A DNA stretch of 64,000 bases from Phycisphaerae bacterium (GTDB taxonomy: Bacteria > Planctomycetota > Phycisphaerae > UBA1845 > Fen-1342). The DNA is taken from positions 64,001-128,000 of the forward strand of contig JASFQK010000004.1 of the NCBI GenBank assembly GCA_050115495.1, read 5' to 3'. This document shows, piece by piece, positions 35,341 to 45,494 of the stretch. The translations under genes were made by a program, and so were the position numbers. Within the stretch, counting starts at the first letter, position 1. Each line of letters starts with the position of its first letter. The notes under the pieces are model-generated. The model saw only the letters and a program-made list of their open reading frames with translations, had not been told where the DNA came from and made no database searches.

Positions 35341-37260
35341 ATGAGCAGTCTTCCGCCCGCAGTGTCGAGATCCGACCGCCGCGCTGTAGACGTCCGGCCG
35401 TCCCGTTGCGACCGCCTGCGCTGCGGCGCCGCCGTGCTGCTGCTCGCGGGTCTGCTGGCCGGCGTGGCCCGTGGCGACGATCCCGACAACTGCCTCCTGT
35501 GCCATCAGTACCGCGGCCTTGGTCGCTACGATGCCGCCACCGGCGTCTATCATCTCTACGCCGTCAATCCCGCCATCGACCGGCAGCACCTCGGCCCGCA
35601 TTCCCGCGTGGCCTGCACGGCCTGCCATCGGCGTGAAGAAGTCGGTGTCGTGCCGCACCAGCCGGTCACGCCCGTCAACTGCACGCAGCGCTGCCACCTG
35701 CCCAGCACGACGGACATGGTCCGCGAGTTCAGCCACGCCAACGTGGCCGACATGCTCACCCGCAGCGTGCACTCGCCGGAGCTGTTGGCCGGGCTCAGCT
35801 TCACGGGCGGCCCGCTGCTCGGCGCGGGCCAGTCCTTCTGCCTCTATTGCCACGATGAACCGGTCTTCCGCGGCGCCGGCGATCCCGGTCGGACTGTCTG
35901 CCGCGTCGGCGAGCATGCTTTCGACCGCTGCGACGTCTGCCACGGCTCGCAGATCCCCACCGATGCGCCGTACTACTTGCGCCACGTCGCCTCGCGGTTG
36001 CAGCGAGCCCGGCCGCCGCTCGAAGCCGCCCAGATCTGCGCGGTTTGCCACAGCGACCCGCACGTCATCGCCGGCCGTCTGCCCGACACCGTCGCCAGCT
36101 TCGTCCGCAGCTTCCACGGCAAGGCCGCTCTGCTCGGCGAGACGACCACGGCCGATTGTGTCTCCTGCCACGTGCCCGCCGGCGCCAATGCCCACCTGAT
36201 GCTCAGCCGCACGGACCCGCGGTCGGCGACGCATCCGAACCACGTGGCCGATTCCTGCCGCAGCCTCGACTGCCACCCCGGCGCCGACGTCCGCCTGGCC
36301 GCCGCCGCTGTGCACCTGAATCTCTCCGAGGCACGCGGGACGATCGAGTTCGCCGTCGCCGCCGCGTTTATCCTGCTGACCATCTTCACCTTCGGCCCCT
36401 CGCTGGCGATCGCCCTGCTCGAATTGGGCCAGATCGTCATTGGCCGTCACTATCCGGCGGGGCACCAGACGCTCGTCCTGACCCAGGCCGTCCTGCGTCA
36501 TCCCGACGGCCCGCGCCGCCTCCAGCGCTTCACCGTGAACCAGCGCGTCCAGCACTGGATTCTCGCCGTGCTGTTCACGCTGCTCGCCCTCACCGGCTTC
36601 CCCATGAAGTTTGCCGACCAAGCCTGGGCCAAGTCGGTCATCGATACGTTCGGCGGGCTCAGCATGGCCCGCACGATCCACCATTGGGCCGGCCTAGCGC
36701 TCGTCACCGGTCTGCTGGCTCACCTGCTGTATGTGGCCGGCACGCTGCTCCAGCGCTGGCGTACGCGGATGCCCGACGGCAGTCGCCGCGGCCTGATCGG
36801 CACGCTCTTCGACCTGCCCATGTGGGTCTCGCCGCGCGACGGCGTGAAGATGCTGCTGCTGCTCGGCTATCTCGCCGGCCTGCGGCGTGCTCCGCCGACC
36901 TTCGGCCGCTTCAGCGTCAAGGAGAAGTTCGAGTACATCGGCGTGTTCTGGGGCACGATCCTGCTGGGCATCACCGGCATCATGCTTTGGGGCGAGCAGT
37001 TCACCTCCCGCTTCGTCAGCGGCCGCGTGCTCAACATCGCCCTGATCGCCCACACGTACGAGGCGTTCCTGGCGATCATCCACGTCGGCATTCTGCACAT
37101 CTGCAACGTGATCTTCGCCCCCAACGCGTTCCCGCTCTCGCTGGCCACGATTACCGGAGCCACGCCCGTCGCCGAACTGGCCGAGAACCACAGCGAATTC
37201 GTGACCGAGGCCGCCAGTGACCTCGGCGTGGAGATTGAAAGTGATGGCCGGCACCACTAG
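35341..37260 (+). CDS. CbcL-like inner-membrane multiheme c / cytochrome b (FdnI-type) fusion, putative quinone oxidoreductase
   Basis: 6 CXXCH + CTQRCH + CRSLDCH, then a TM domain with RFTVNQRVQHW, LTGFPMKF, IHHWAG, GRFSVKEKFEYIGVFWG, AHTYEAFLA..H...H. Confidence 0.88.
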   Translation: MSSLPPAVSRSDRRAVDVRPSRCDRLRCGAAVLLLAGLLAGVARGDDPDNCLLCHQYRGLGRYDAATGVYHLYAVNPAIDRQHLGPHSRVACTACHRREEVGVVPHQPVTPVNCTQRCHLPSTTDMVREFSHANVADMLTRSVHSPELLAGLSFTGGPLLGAGQSFCLYCHDEPVFRGAGDPGRTVCRVGEHAFDRCDVCHGSQIPTDAPYYLRHVASRLQRARPPLEAAQICAVCHSDPHVIAGRLPDTVASFVRSFHGKAALLGETTTADCVSCHVPAGANAHLMLSRTDPRSATHPNHVADSCRSLDCHPGADVRLAAAAVHLNLSEARGTIEFAVAAAFILLTIFTFGPSLAIALLELGQIVIGRHYPAGHQTLVLTQAVLRHPDGPRRLQRFTVNQRVQHWILAVLFTLLALTGFPMKFADQAWAKSVIDTFGGLSMARTIHHWAGLALVTGLLAHLLYVAGTLLQRWRTRMPDGSRRGLIGTLFDLPMWVSPRDGVKMLLLLGYLAGLRRAPPTFGRFSVKEKFEYIGVFWGTILLGITGIMLWGEQFTSRFVSGRVLNIALIAHTYEAFLAIIHVGILHICNVIFAPNAFPLSLATITGATPVAELAENHSEFVTEAASDLGVEIESDGRHH

Positions 37261-38404
37261 CCCCGGCGGCAAAGGCCCCGCGAAGCGTCGCGGTCTCACC
37301 CGCGCCGCCCTGCGCGGCTTCGGCCGCTTCGCCGGCCAACTCATCCAGCGCGCCTACGCCCTGGCCATCATCGCCGTCGTCGGTTGGCTCAGTTGGCGCG
37401 CCTTGTATTACCTCATCGCCTCGCTGATTCTTCCCGGCGGCATTCCCGTTCAGATCGGCGAATTGCCCCTGCGCCTCGACGAGCAGACGCTCCGCACCGA
37501 ACCCACCAAGTGGGCCGGCATCACCGCCACGCAGAACCCGCGTGCCCCGCTGGCGCACTATCACCGCCTGGACGGCTGGTTCCAGATCGACCGCGCCAAC
37601 GACTGCACCCGCGCCGGCTGCCACGAGCCGCTCCCGCATCAGCGCAGTGCGGCGCTACGCTCGTTCCTGAACATGCACGCCACCACGCTGAACTGCACCG
37701 TCTGCCACCTCGAGCCGGCGGCGCGACCCGTACCGCTCGTCTGGTATACGCTCGACGATGGCCGCGTGACCGGCCCGCCCGCACTGCTGCGTGCTTACGA
37801 CTGGGTCACCGGTCCCGCCGGCGAGGCCGCCCTCGAACATCCGACCGCCGCCGACCAGGATGAGATCGTTGCGCTCCTGCGACAGGCCGCCGACGAGGCC
37901 GACGGTGAGCCCGCGCTCCTCCGCCTCGTCGAGCGCACCCGCGCCGTCCGTCCCGACGGCGACGCCTTCCGCACCGCCCTTACTAATCTTCGCCGTGATT
38001 TGCCCGCCCACTTCCGCGGCGACTACGGCGCGAAGCTCGCCCCTCGTGGCGACGACAGCGGTCAACCGTTGCTGCACCTGCCCGCCACAACCGGCGCCGC
38101 CGAGGAGTTCCTCGCCGCCGGCGAATCGCTGAGCGCGGACCAGCGCCAGGCGCTCGTGACCCGCATGCACGAACCGCTCCGGCCGGCCGGCCCGCTCTGC
38201 ACGGCGTGCCACACGCCGGACGGACCGCTCCTCGACCTCGCCGGCGCCGGCTATCCGCCGCAGCGTCTGGCCACGCTGTACGGCTTGTCCATCGCCCGGG
38301 CGATCGAGGACGTCGCTACCGGCCAGCCGCTGCACATGCCCACGTTCGTTGTGCCGCCCGCGTTGCCGGCCAGTGCCCCGGCATCCTCACAGGTCGAGCC
38401 GTGA
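37244..38404 (+). CDS. Membrane-anchored cytochrome c (2 CXXCH + 1 CX4CH)
   Basis: N-terminal TM; CTRAGCHEPLPH, FLNMH..CTVCH, CTACH; overlaps the cbcL-like stop. Confidence 0.8.
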   Translation: MAGTTSPGGKGPAKRRGLTRAALRGFGRFAGQLIQRAYALAIIAVVGWLSWRALYYLIASLILPGGIPVQIGELPLRLDEQTLRTEPTKWAGITATQNPRAPLAHYHRLDGWFQIDRANDCTRAGCHEPLPHQRSAALRSFLNMHATTLNCTVCHLEPAARPVPLVWYTLDDGRVTGPPALLRAYDWVTGPAGEAALEHPTAADQDEIVALLRQAADEADGEPALLRLVERTRAVRPDGDAFRTALTNLRRDLPAHFRGDYGAKLAPRGDDSGQPLLHLPATTGAAEEFLAAGESLSADQRQALVTRMHEPLRPAGPLCTACHTPDGPLLDLAGAGYPPQRLATLYGLSIARAIEDVATGQPLHMPTFVVPPALPASAPASSQVEP

Positions 38405-41400
38405 GTCGTGCATCGCGTCATCGTCGATATGCGATCGCGTGCCTGCTGTTGGCCGCATCGTCTGTCGCCGCGCTCGCCCAGACGGCTCCGCCGTTCATCG
38501 CCGAGCCGGCGCTGATCATCACGCTCGAAGGCACCACGCCGATGCGGCTGCCGACCGCGGTGGCCGTCGGTCCCGACGGCACGATCTTCGTGTGCGACGG
38601 CGTCGCCGACCGCGTCCTTTGCTTCTCGCCCGCGGGCGACTTGCTGAGCGAAATCCGCGACGTCGGCGGTAAGGCTCTCTCCCGCCCCACAGGCGTGAAG
38701 GTCGACGCCGCCGGTTTGCTCTGGATTGCCGACACCGGCCACGGCCGCGCCGTTGCTCGCGGGCCCGACGGCCGCCTCGTCCACGAGTTGTCTTGGCCGT
38801 CCGATGCCGCCGCGCCGGCCGACGTCACCGACGTCGCGATCAGCCCCGACGGCACGGTCGCCTGGCTCGTCGACAACGATGCTCACCGCATCGCTCGCTT
38901 TGACATTGCCGCCGGAACCGCGCGTCTCATCGGCGAGCCGGGCCAGTCGCTCGGCCAGTTCTACTATCCGTTCATGCTGGCGACCGGTCCTGCCGGCGAT
39001 CTCTTTGTCAGCGAATCACTCAACGGTCGTGTGCAGATCCTCGCCGCCGGCGGTCGCATCCGCGGCCGCCTCGGCGCATTCGGCGCCGACCCCGGCCAAC
39101 TCTTCCGCCCCAAGGGCCTCGCCGTCGACGCCAACGGTAACATCTGGGTCGCCGACGGCATCTTCGGCGTGATCCAGATCTTCCAACCGACGGGCGTTCT
39201 GCTCGACATACTGCGCGACACGGCGGGCAACCCACTGAAACTCGAGACCCCGTGCGGCATCACCCTCGACGGCGCCGGCCATCTGTACGTCGCCGAGCCC
39301 TGGGCGAATCGCGTCCGCCAGTTCAACCTCACGGTCGATCCGCGGCCGATCCCACCCTGGCCCAGTCGCCCGTCGACGAGCCCACTCACCGCGCAGCCGC
39401 GGGCCTGTGCCGTCTGCCACCTGGAATGGGTCGAGCCGCTGGCCCACGGCGTGGCGACGCCGCTAGCGTCGGTTCCGCCGGACACGGCTGCCGAGCCCAT
39501 CGCCAGCGACCCGCGGATGTGCCTGTCGTGCCATGACGGTTCGGTGCGTGATTCGCGACGCCGCGTGTGGGCAATGGCCGGCCATCACGTCGGCGTACCG
39601 CCGCCCGCGGACGTGCCCGTCCCGCGCGACCTACCCCTCGCGCATGGCCTGCTCGCTTGTCGCACTTGCCATACGGCCCACGCCTTGAGCGAGCCCACCG
39701 CCGCCGGCGAGTCCATCATCTTCCTCCGCGTTCGCGAAACTGCCGGCGAACTCTGCACCGGCTGTCACGCGCAACAAATGGCCGGCCCCGCCGCCGGCAT
39801 GCACAAACTCGGTGACATGCCCGGCGATATACCCGCGAGCCTCCTCGCTGCTGGTGGCCGACCCGGCCGCTCGCCTACTGAGCTCGCCTGCCTCACCTGT
39901 CACGCGACTCACGGCGTTACCGGCGAAACGGCCCTCGTCGTTCCGAGCCACTCGCCGGCCATGTGCGCCGATTGCCACGAACTACAACAGCCGCAGCTCT
40001 TCGGGTCCGGTAACACCGCCGGCCATCCGCCGCACCCAACTCTCGCCGCTCACCAGATCGAAGTCATGCAACAAGTCGGTGGCGTACTCGGACCGCAGAA
40101 CACGCTCGACTGCGCCACGTGCCACCAGCCGCACGCTGGCGACGGCGCGACGCATCTCCTCGCCGCACACTTGAAAGTCGACACCATCTGTCGCGAGTGT
40201 CACGAGCCACAGCGCGCGGTGGAAGGCTCGCTGCACGATATACCGCCCGATAACTCCGCAACGCACAACGCTTGCCGTACTTGCCACAACTACCATACAG
40301 ATGCGCGCACGCCGCAGCCGACCGAGCTCGATCCCGCCGGCCATTGCCTGAGCTGCCACCAGCCCGGCCAGCCCGGCGCGGCCCGCGTCCTGGGCTCGCC
40401 GAACCACCCCGAGGTCGCCTGTGCCGGCTGCCACGATCCGCACGAATCGCAGCACGGCCACTTCCTCTCCGCCCCGGCCGGCCAGCTCTGTAGCAGTTGT
40501 CATGAGGAAGAGGCCCGCGTCGCCGGCGGCACGCACGATTGCCTGACCGATTCGAGCCAGTGGCCGTCAGAAGCCGCCAATACGCACGATACCTGCCTCG
40601 CCTGCCACCGCGCCCACGGCAACGAGCAGACCGGCCTCTACCGCCTCGCCGCCGCCGACTCCACCGGCTCAAGTGGCGTATGCCTCTCCTGCCACCCGTC
40701 GGCTGTGCCCGGCGGTCGCGAGGCGCTGGCCCTGGCGCACCCGCTCCCGGCTGCTAGCGTCGCTGCCGAGATGAGTCTTCCGCTCGATGGCGTCGGTCCC
40801 GACCGCCAGATCGCCTGCCGCACCTGCCACGATCCCCACGCCGGCCCCGGCTCCACGACGATGCTCCGCACGCAAGTGCCCGGCGGCGCCGGCGAGCAGG
40901 TCTGTTTCGCGTGCCACGAGGAAACCGCCAATATCCACAGCATTGGCCACGCAGCAGGTTCCCTCCGCGACGCCGGCTTCGCGTCGGAATCGTGCCAGCC
41001 GTGCCACGTGACGCACGCTGCCGCCGACGCGATCGATCCGCAGCTCCTGTGGCCCAAGGCCCTCGCCGAATACGCCGGCATGCCCGACGTCGCCGTCGCC
41101 GACCAGCCGTGCGTTGCTTGCCATCGTGTTGGCGGCCCGGTGACCCCGCCGACCATCGCCACGCATCCCGAGGCCGAGATGCTTAATCTCGAGTCGCCGA
41201 CCTCGCCGGGGTATCTGCCGCTATTCAACGAGCGCGGCGAGGTCGATCCGCAGGGCCACATCGCCTGCCGCACGTGCCACCTGACGCACGGCCGCAGCAT
41301 GCCGGCGGTACTGCCCGCGGAGGTCCGCAACGTCGCCGGCCGCGAACTCCGGGCCCGCTCCTGGCACGTCCGCTCGTTCGGGCCCGGCAACGTCTGCACG

Positions 41401-41505
41401 ACCTGCCACGGGCCCGATGCCCTCCGACGCTTCATGTACTTCCACAATCCCGCGCGTCGCGGCGGGCCGATCGAAGGCGGCGCCCCGCCCGTGCTCGCGC
41501 CCTGA
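38401..41505 (+). CDS. NHL beta-propeller / 20-heme cytochrome c fusion
   Basis: GTG overlapping the previous TGA, signal peptide, NHL repeats, 20 CXXCH mostly in doubled CxxCHxxH...CxxCH units. Confidence 0.9.
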   Translation: MSRASRHRRYAIACLLLAASSVAALAQTAPPFIAEPALIITLEGTTPMRLPTAVAVGPDGTIFVCDGVADRVLCFSPAGDLLSEIRDVGGKALSRPTGVKVDAAGLLWIADTGHGRAVARGPDGRLVHELSWPSDAAAPADVTDVAISPDGTVAWLVDNDAHRIARFDIAAGTARLIGEPGQSLGQFYYPFMLATGPAGDLFVSESLNGRVQILAAGGRIRGRLGAFGADPGQLFRPKGLAVDANGNIWVADGIFGVIQIFQPTGVLLDILRDTAGNPLKLETPCGITLDGAGHLYVAEPWANRVRQFNLTVDPRPIPPWPSRPSTSPLTAQPRACAVCHLEWVEPLAHGVATPLASVPPDTAAEPIASDPRMCLSCHDGSVRDSRRRVWAMAGHHVGVPPPADVPVPRDLPLAHGLLACRTCHTAHALSEPTAAGESIIFLRVRETAGELCTGCHAQQMAGPAAGMHKLGDMPGDIPASLLAAGGRPGRSPTELACLTCHATHGVTGETALVVPSHSPAMCADCHELQQPQLFGSGNTAGHPPHPTLAAHQIEVMQQVGGVLGPQNTLDCATCHQPHAGDGATHLLAAHLKVDTICRECHEPQRAVEGSLHDIPPDNSATHNACRTCHNYHTDARTPQPTELDPAGHCLSCHQPGQPGAARVLGSPNHPEVACAGCHDPHESQHGHFLSAPAGQLCSSCHEEEARVAGGTHDCLTDSSQWPSEAANTHDTCLACHRAHGNEQTGLYRLAAADSTGSSGVCLSCHPSAVPGGREALALAHPLPAASVAAEMSLPLDGVGPDRQIACRTCHDPHAGPGSTTMLRTQVPGGAGEQVCFACHEETANIHSIGHAAGSLRDAGFASESCQPCHVTHAAADAIDPQLLWPKALAEYAGMPDVAVADQPCVACHRVGGPVTPPTIATHPEAEMLNLESPTSPGYLPLFNERGEVDPQGHIACRTCHLTHGRSMPAVLPAEVRNVAGRELRARSWHVRSFGPGNVCTTCHGPDALRRFMYFHNPARRGGPIEGGAPPVLAP

Positions 41506-42016
41506 CGTCGCCGACACGTAGCGCAAAGATTGGCGCCCTGGGCTCTCGAGAATTATCGGGGGAGGGCGACGATGTGCGGGGCATCGGCCGATAGTTCTCT
41601 TTGTGACGGGCGCGTTGGTCTGTATACTGAGATCAAGGTCTCGGGTGGCGGCACACGGACGCCGCGCCTCAATCACCCGGCATATCTGCGCCACCCATGG
41701 ACCGCAAGGACGGCGAGCCACGACAGGAGCCTCGAACGATGATCGCTCGGGCTGTGCGCCGCACGAACGTCCCTGTCGGGCCTGCGCCGGCCGCGAGGTC
41801 ACCTGACGCGGTCCCTCCGGGGCAGGGGGGACTACACGTCAGCGAATCGATGTCGAGCGAGGCCGAGTGCGCGGCGGCGCACGACGTTCCTCGAGTGCTG
41901 GAATGGGTGTGAGGTGTGAGGGAAAAGCGCGAACCCATCCGAATGTCGCGGCGCCCGTGCGGCCAGGTCGTAACGGCTTGAGCGCGGGCAGCGCGGTGTT
42001 CTCAGGAGCAGACACA

Positions 42017-44482
42017 GTGTTGCCGATGGACCCACGGTCGTCTCACCGCCTCCGCTGTCGGCGCGTCGCGGTGCTATTCGCCGCCGGCCTGGCGCTGGGG
42101 GCGGGCCTGTTGCCGGCACACGCGTCGGATCGCGTGGTGCTGTGCGAAGAGTTCACCAACTACTACTGCGGTTCGTGCGCATTCGCCGGCCCGGCGCTGG
42201 ACCTGTTGTTGGACACGTACCCCGACTCGCTGGCCTTCATCCAATATCAGATATTTGACGCCGAATATTCGAAACCCTGGGGCGACAACCGCTGGGCGTA
42301 CTACGAGGCGGAGTACACACCCGCGGCCATCTTCGACGGCACGGACAAGCTGGAAGGCGCCATCGAGGACCTCGACCAGCAGTACACCATCTACCGCGCC
42401 AACCACTTCCTGCCCGAACGGGCCAATCCCACCGATGTGACCGTCGAGTTCGACAACGTCCTTCAGCTCGGCGGCCCGAACTACCTCGTCGACGTCGCGG
42501 TCAGCGTCGAGCCCGGCGGTGTCGCCAAGACCATGGACGTCTACATCGTCCAGGTCCTCGATCACTGGCCCGACACCAAGCCTTATCACCGCAACGGCTT
42601 CAAGCAGGCCGCCCCCGTGGAGCAGATCACCGTCGGCCCCGGCCAGACCGGCTACGCCCAGTACATCTTCTCCCTCGACGACGACAGCGCCGAGCGCGAG
42701 GAAGACGTCAAGTTCATCGCCTGGGCCCAGCAGCCTGAGCCCGGCTTTCCCGCAGCCGTGTACCAGGCCGCCGTCCGTGTCTGGCCGCTGATCACCATCC
42801 CCGGCGACGCCGATGCCGACGGCTATCCGGACGCCGTCGACGACTGCCCCAACCGCTACGACCCCGACCAGCTCGACAGCGACGGCGACGGGTTCGGCGA
42901 CGCCTGTGACAACTGCGACGAAACCTGGAACCCGGACCAGACGGACACCGATGAAGACGGCTTCGGCGACGATTGCGACACGTGCCCTGTGCTGCACCAC
43001 TACAACCAGGCCGACACCGACGCGGACACCATTGGCGACGCCTGTGACTCGTGCCCCGACGTTTACGCCCCGGCGGGCGTCGACGCCTTCGGCCGCTCGA
43101 TCGGCTGCCTCGACTTCGACTGCGACGTCGATACGGATGACCTGCTGGTGCTGAACCGCTGTCTGAGCGGCCCGGATGACACCACGCCGCCGGCCACTTG
43201 CACGCCGGCCGAGTTCGCCCGCGCCGACGTCGACGACGACGGCGACGTCGACCTGGCCGACTTCGCCCTGCTTAGTCAGAACTGCACCGGACCGCTCATC
43301 AGCCCGGCCACGTACGTCGGTGCGGCCAACTGCGCCGACTGCCACTCCGGCAACCACGCCGACTGGATGCAGACCATTCACGCCACCGCCTTCAGCACGT
43401 TGGTGAATGACGGCGCGGGCGACAACGTCCTGTGCTTCCCCTGCCACTCCGTCGGCTACGGCAAGGCCAGCGGCTTCGTCGATCTGGACACCACGCCCGA
43501 TCTGGCCAACGTGCAGTGCGAGAACTGCCACGGTCCCGGCAGCAACCACTTGAGCGACCCGTACGGTTTCCCGCTGGAGCGGCCGCTCGATGCGGACCTC
43601 TGCGGCGCCTGTCACCAGTCCTGCCACGGTCTGTGCGGTGAGAACCACCACCCGCAGTACGAGCAGTGGTCCGAGTCGAAGCACTCCACGGCCCTCATCG
43701 ACATCCAGTGGCTGCCCGACACCGAACAGGAATGCCTCCAGTGTCACTCCACCGACTATCGCCTCGCTCCGCCCGGTGAGGAGCCGCAGGTATGGGAGGC
43801 CATCTACGACCTCGAGTGCGTCGCCTGCCACGATCCGCACGGCGGCCCCAACGTCGGACAGCTTCGCCTGCCCCCGTACGAGCTCTGCGCCGAGTGCCAC
43901 ACCATGGGCGACGTGATGCCGCCCGACATGCCCGATCAGCCGCAATCCGAAATGCTGCACGGCTTCGGCGGCTTCGCCCTGGACGGCACGCCGCTTAACG
44001 GCCCATACAGCATGCACTGGTGGGGCATCGCGGACGAGTGCGCCGTCTGCCACGTGCACGAGGAGCCGTACGGCGGCCCACAACAGCCGGTGAACAGCGG
44101 CCACCTCTTCGTGCACAACCTGCGGGCCTGCCTGCCCTGTCACACCGAGGAGACGGCCACGCTGCTCGTCGAGGGCATGCACGCCGAAGTGACGCTGCGC
44201 CTGACGCGGATCGCCCGCTACTTCACGCCGGGCGACCCGCTCTACATCGATCCGGCGACGCTGCCCCCGGCGGAGCTGGCCCGCTACGAGATCGCCCGGT
44301 TCAACTATCTGCTGGTTGAGGCGGACCGTTCGTTCGGCTCGCACAACCCCGAGTACGCCCGGGCCCTGCTGGGCGAGACCGAGGCGTTCCTCGACATTCC
44401 GCCAATCCTCGGTCCGGGTGGTGGCGGCGAAGGCCCCGTACCAATTCCCGCCTGCGACTATTACGCGGAGGGCTGCCCGTGA
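42017..44482 (+). CDS. Mosaic exported nonaheme cytochrome c: Omp28/thioredoxin-like CxxC domain + thrombospondin type-3 repeats + dockerin/EF-hand-like domain + multiheme domain
   Basis: AGGAG 8 nt before GTG 42017; VVLCEEFTNYYCGSC; DxDGDGFGDACDNC repeats; DFDCDVDTDD...ADVDDDGDVDLADF; 9 CXXCH; DRSFGSHNPEYARALL tail. Confidence 0.85.
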   Translation: MLPMDPRSSHRLRCRRVAVLFAAGLALGAGLLPAHASDRVVLCEEFTNYYCGSCAFAGPALDLLLDTYPDSLAFIQYQIFDAEYSKPWGDNRWAYYEAEYTPAAIFDGTDKLEGAIEDLDQQYTIYRANHFLPERANPTDVTVEFDNVLQLGGPNYLVDVAVSVEPGGVAKTMDVYIVQVLDHWPDTKPYHRNGFKQAAPVEQITVGPGQTGYAQYIFSLDDDSAEREEDVKFIAWAQQPEPGFPAAVYQAAVRVWPLITIPGDADADGYPDAVDDCPNRYDPDQLDSDGDGFGDACDNCDETWNPDQTDTDEDGFGDDCDTCPVLHHYNQADTDADTIGDACDSCPDVYAPAGVDAFGRSIGCLDFDCDVDTDDLLVLNRCLSGPDDTTPPATCTPAEFARADVDDDGDVDLADFALLSQNCTGPLISPATYVGAANCADCHSGNHADWMQTIHATAFSTLVNDGAGDNVLCFPCHSVGYGKASGFVDLDTTPDLANVQCENCHGPGSNHLSDPYGFPLERPLDADLCGACHQSCHGLCGENHHPQYEQWSESKHSTALIDIQWLPDTEQECLQCHSTDYRLAPPGEEPQVWEAIYDLECVACHDPHGGPNVGQLRLPPYELCAECHTMGDVMPPDMPDQPQSEMLHGFGGFALDGTPLNGPYSMHWWGIADECAVCHVHEEPYGGPQQPVNSGHLFVHNLRACLPCHTEETATLLVEGMHAEVTLRLTRIARYFTPGDPLYIDPATLPPAELARYEIARFNYLLVEADRSFGSHNPEYARALLGETEAFLDIPPILGPGGGGEGPVPIPACDYYAEGCP

Positions 44483-45426
44483 GAATCTCGCGACGTGATT
44501 TCCTGAAAGCCGCCGCGGCGGCCACCATGGCCGGGCATCTGGCTCCGGCCGCCCTGGCTCAGTTGCAGAAGGTCCTGGGGCGGGGCGGCGGACCGCGGGT
44601 GATCTGGCTCCAGGGTGCCGGCTGCGACGGCTGCGCCATCTCCGCCCTGAACAGCATTCACTACGCGACGATCGACGACGTCCTGCTCAACACGATCGAT
44701 CTACGCTTCCAGAACAACCTCCAGGCCGCCGCCGGCGACCTCGCCGTCTCGGCCATCGAGGGCGGCACCGCCGAGCCCGGTTACATCCTGATCGTCGAAG
44801 GGGCGATCCCCACCGGCGCCGCGGGCAAGTACTGCCGCTTGTGGCCGGGCATGACCATGCTCGACGCCCTGAACACCTACGCCGCCAACGCCAGCTACAT
44901 CATCGCCCTCGGGGCCTGTGCCTGCTTCGGTGGTGTCACCGGCGGAGCACCCAACCCGACCGCCGCCAGCGGTGTCGGCGGGATCCTCGGCGACGATCCC
45001 CGGTTGATCAACCTGCCCGGCTGCCCGGCGCATCCCGACTGGCTGGTCGGCACGATCACCTACCTGTTGACCAACGGGCACGTGCCGCCGGTCGACGCCC
45101 ATCGCCGACCGCTCCAGTACTTCGGCGAGCGCATCCACGACAACTGCTTCAAGCGCCAGAAGCACTGCGGCGAGTTGACCTTCGCCGAGAAGCTCGGCGA
45201 CGAGGGCTGCATGGAGTACCTCGGCTGCAAGGGCAAGCACACGTACTCCGATTGTCCCATTCGCAAGTGGAACAGCAGCGGCCCGCAACAGTACGGCGTG
45301 AACTGGTGCGTCGGGGCGCACAGCCCGTGCCTGGGCTGCGTGAATCCGACTTTCCCCGACGGCATGTCGCCGTTCTACGTGTACCTGCCCGGTGGGAAGG
45401 ACGAGGGTGAAGGCGGCGAGGGCTAG
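44479..45426 (+). CDS. [NiFe] hydrogenase small subunit (group 1, Tat-exported, no C-terminal TM anchor)
   Basis: SRRDFLK Tat motif; WLQGAGCDGC, VEGAIP, GACACFGG, NLPGCPAHP, IHDNC, GCKG, CPIRKWN...WCVGAHSPCLGC. Confidence 0.95.
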   Translation: MRISRRDFLKAAAAATMAGHLAPAALAQLQKVLGRGGGPRVIWLQGAGCDGCAISALNSIHYATIDDVLLNTIDLRFQNNLQAAAGDLAVSAIEGGTAEPGYILIVEGAIPTGAAGKYCRLWPGMTMLDALNTYAANASYIIALGACACFGGVTGGAPNPTAASGVGGILGDDPRLINLPGCPAHPDWLVGTITYLLTNGHVPPVDAHRRPLQYFGERIHDNCFKRQKHCGELTFAEKLGDEGCMEYLGCKGKHTYSDCPIRKWNSSGPQQYGVNWCVGAHSPCLGCVNPTFPDGMSPFYVYLPGGKDEGEGGEG

Positions 45427-45494
45427 GGTACGGTCCGGGCCCGATCGCCGGTTGCTGAAGACGAGCTGATGACCTCGCGAAGAGGAACTGAGCA

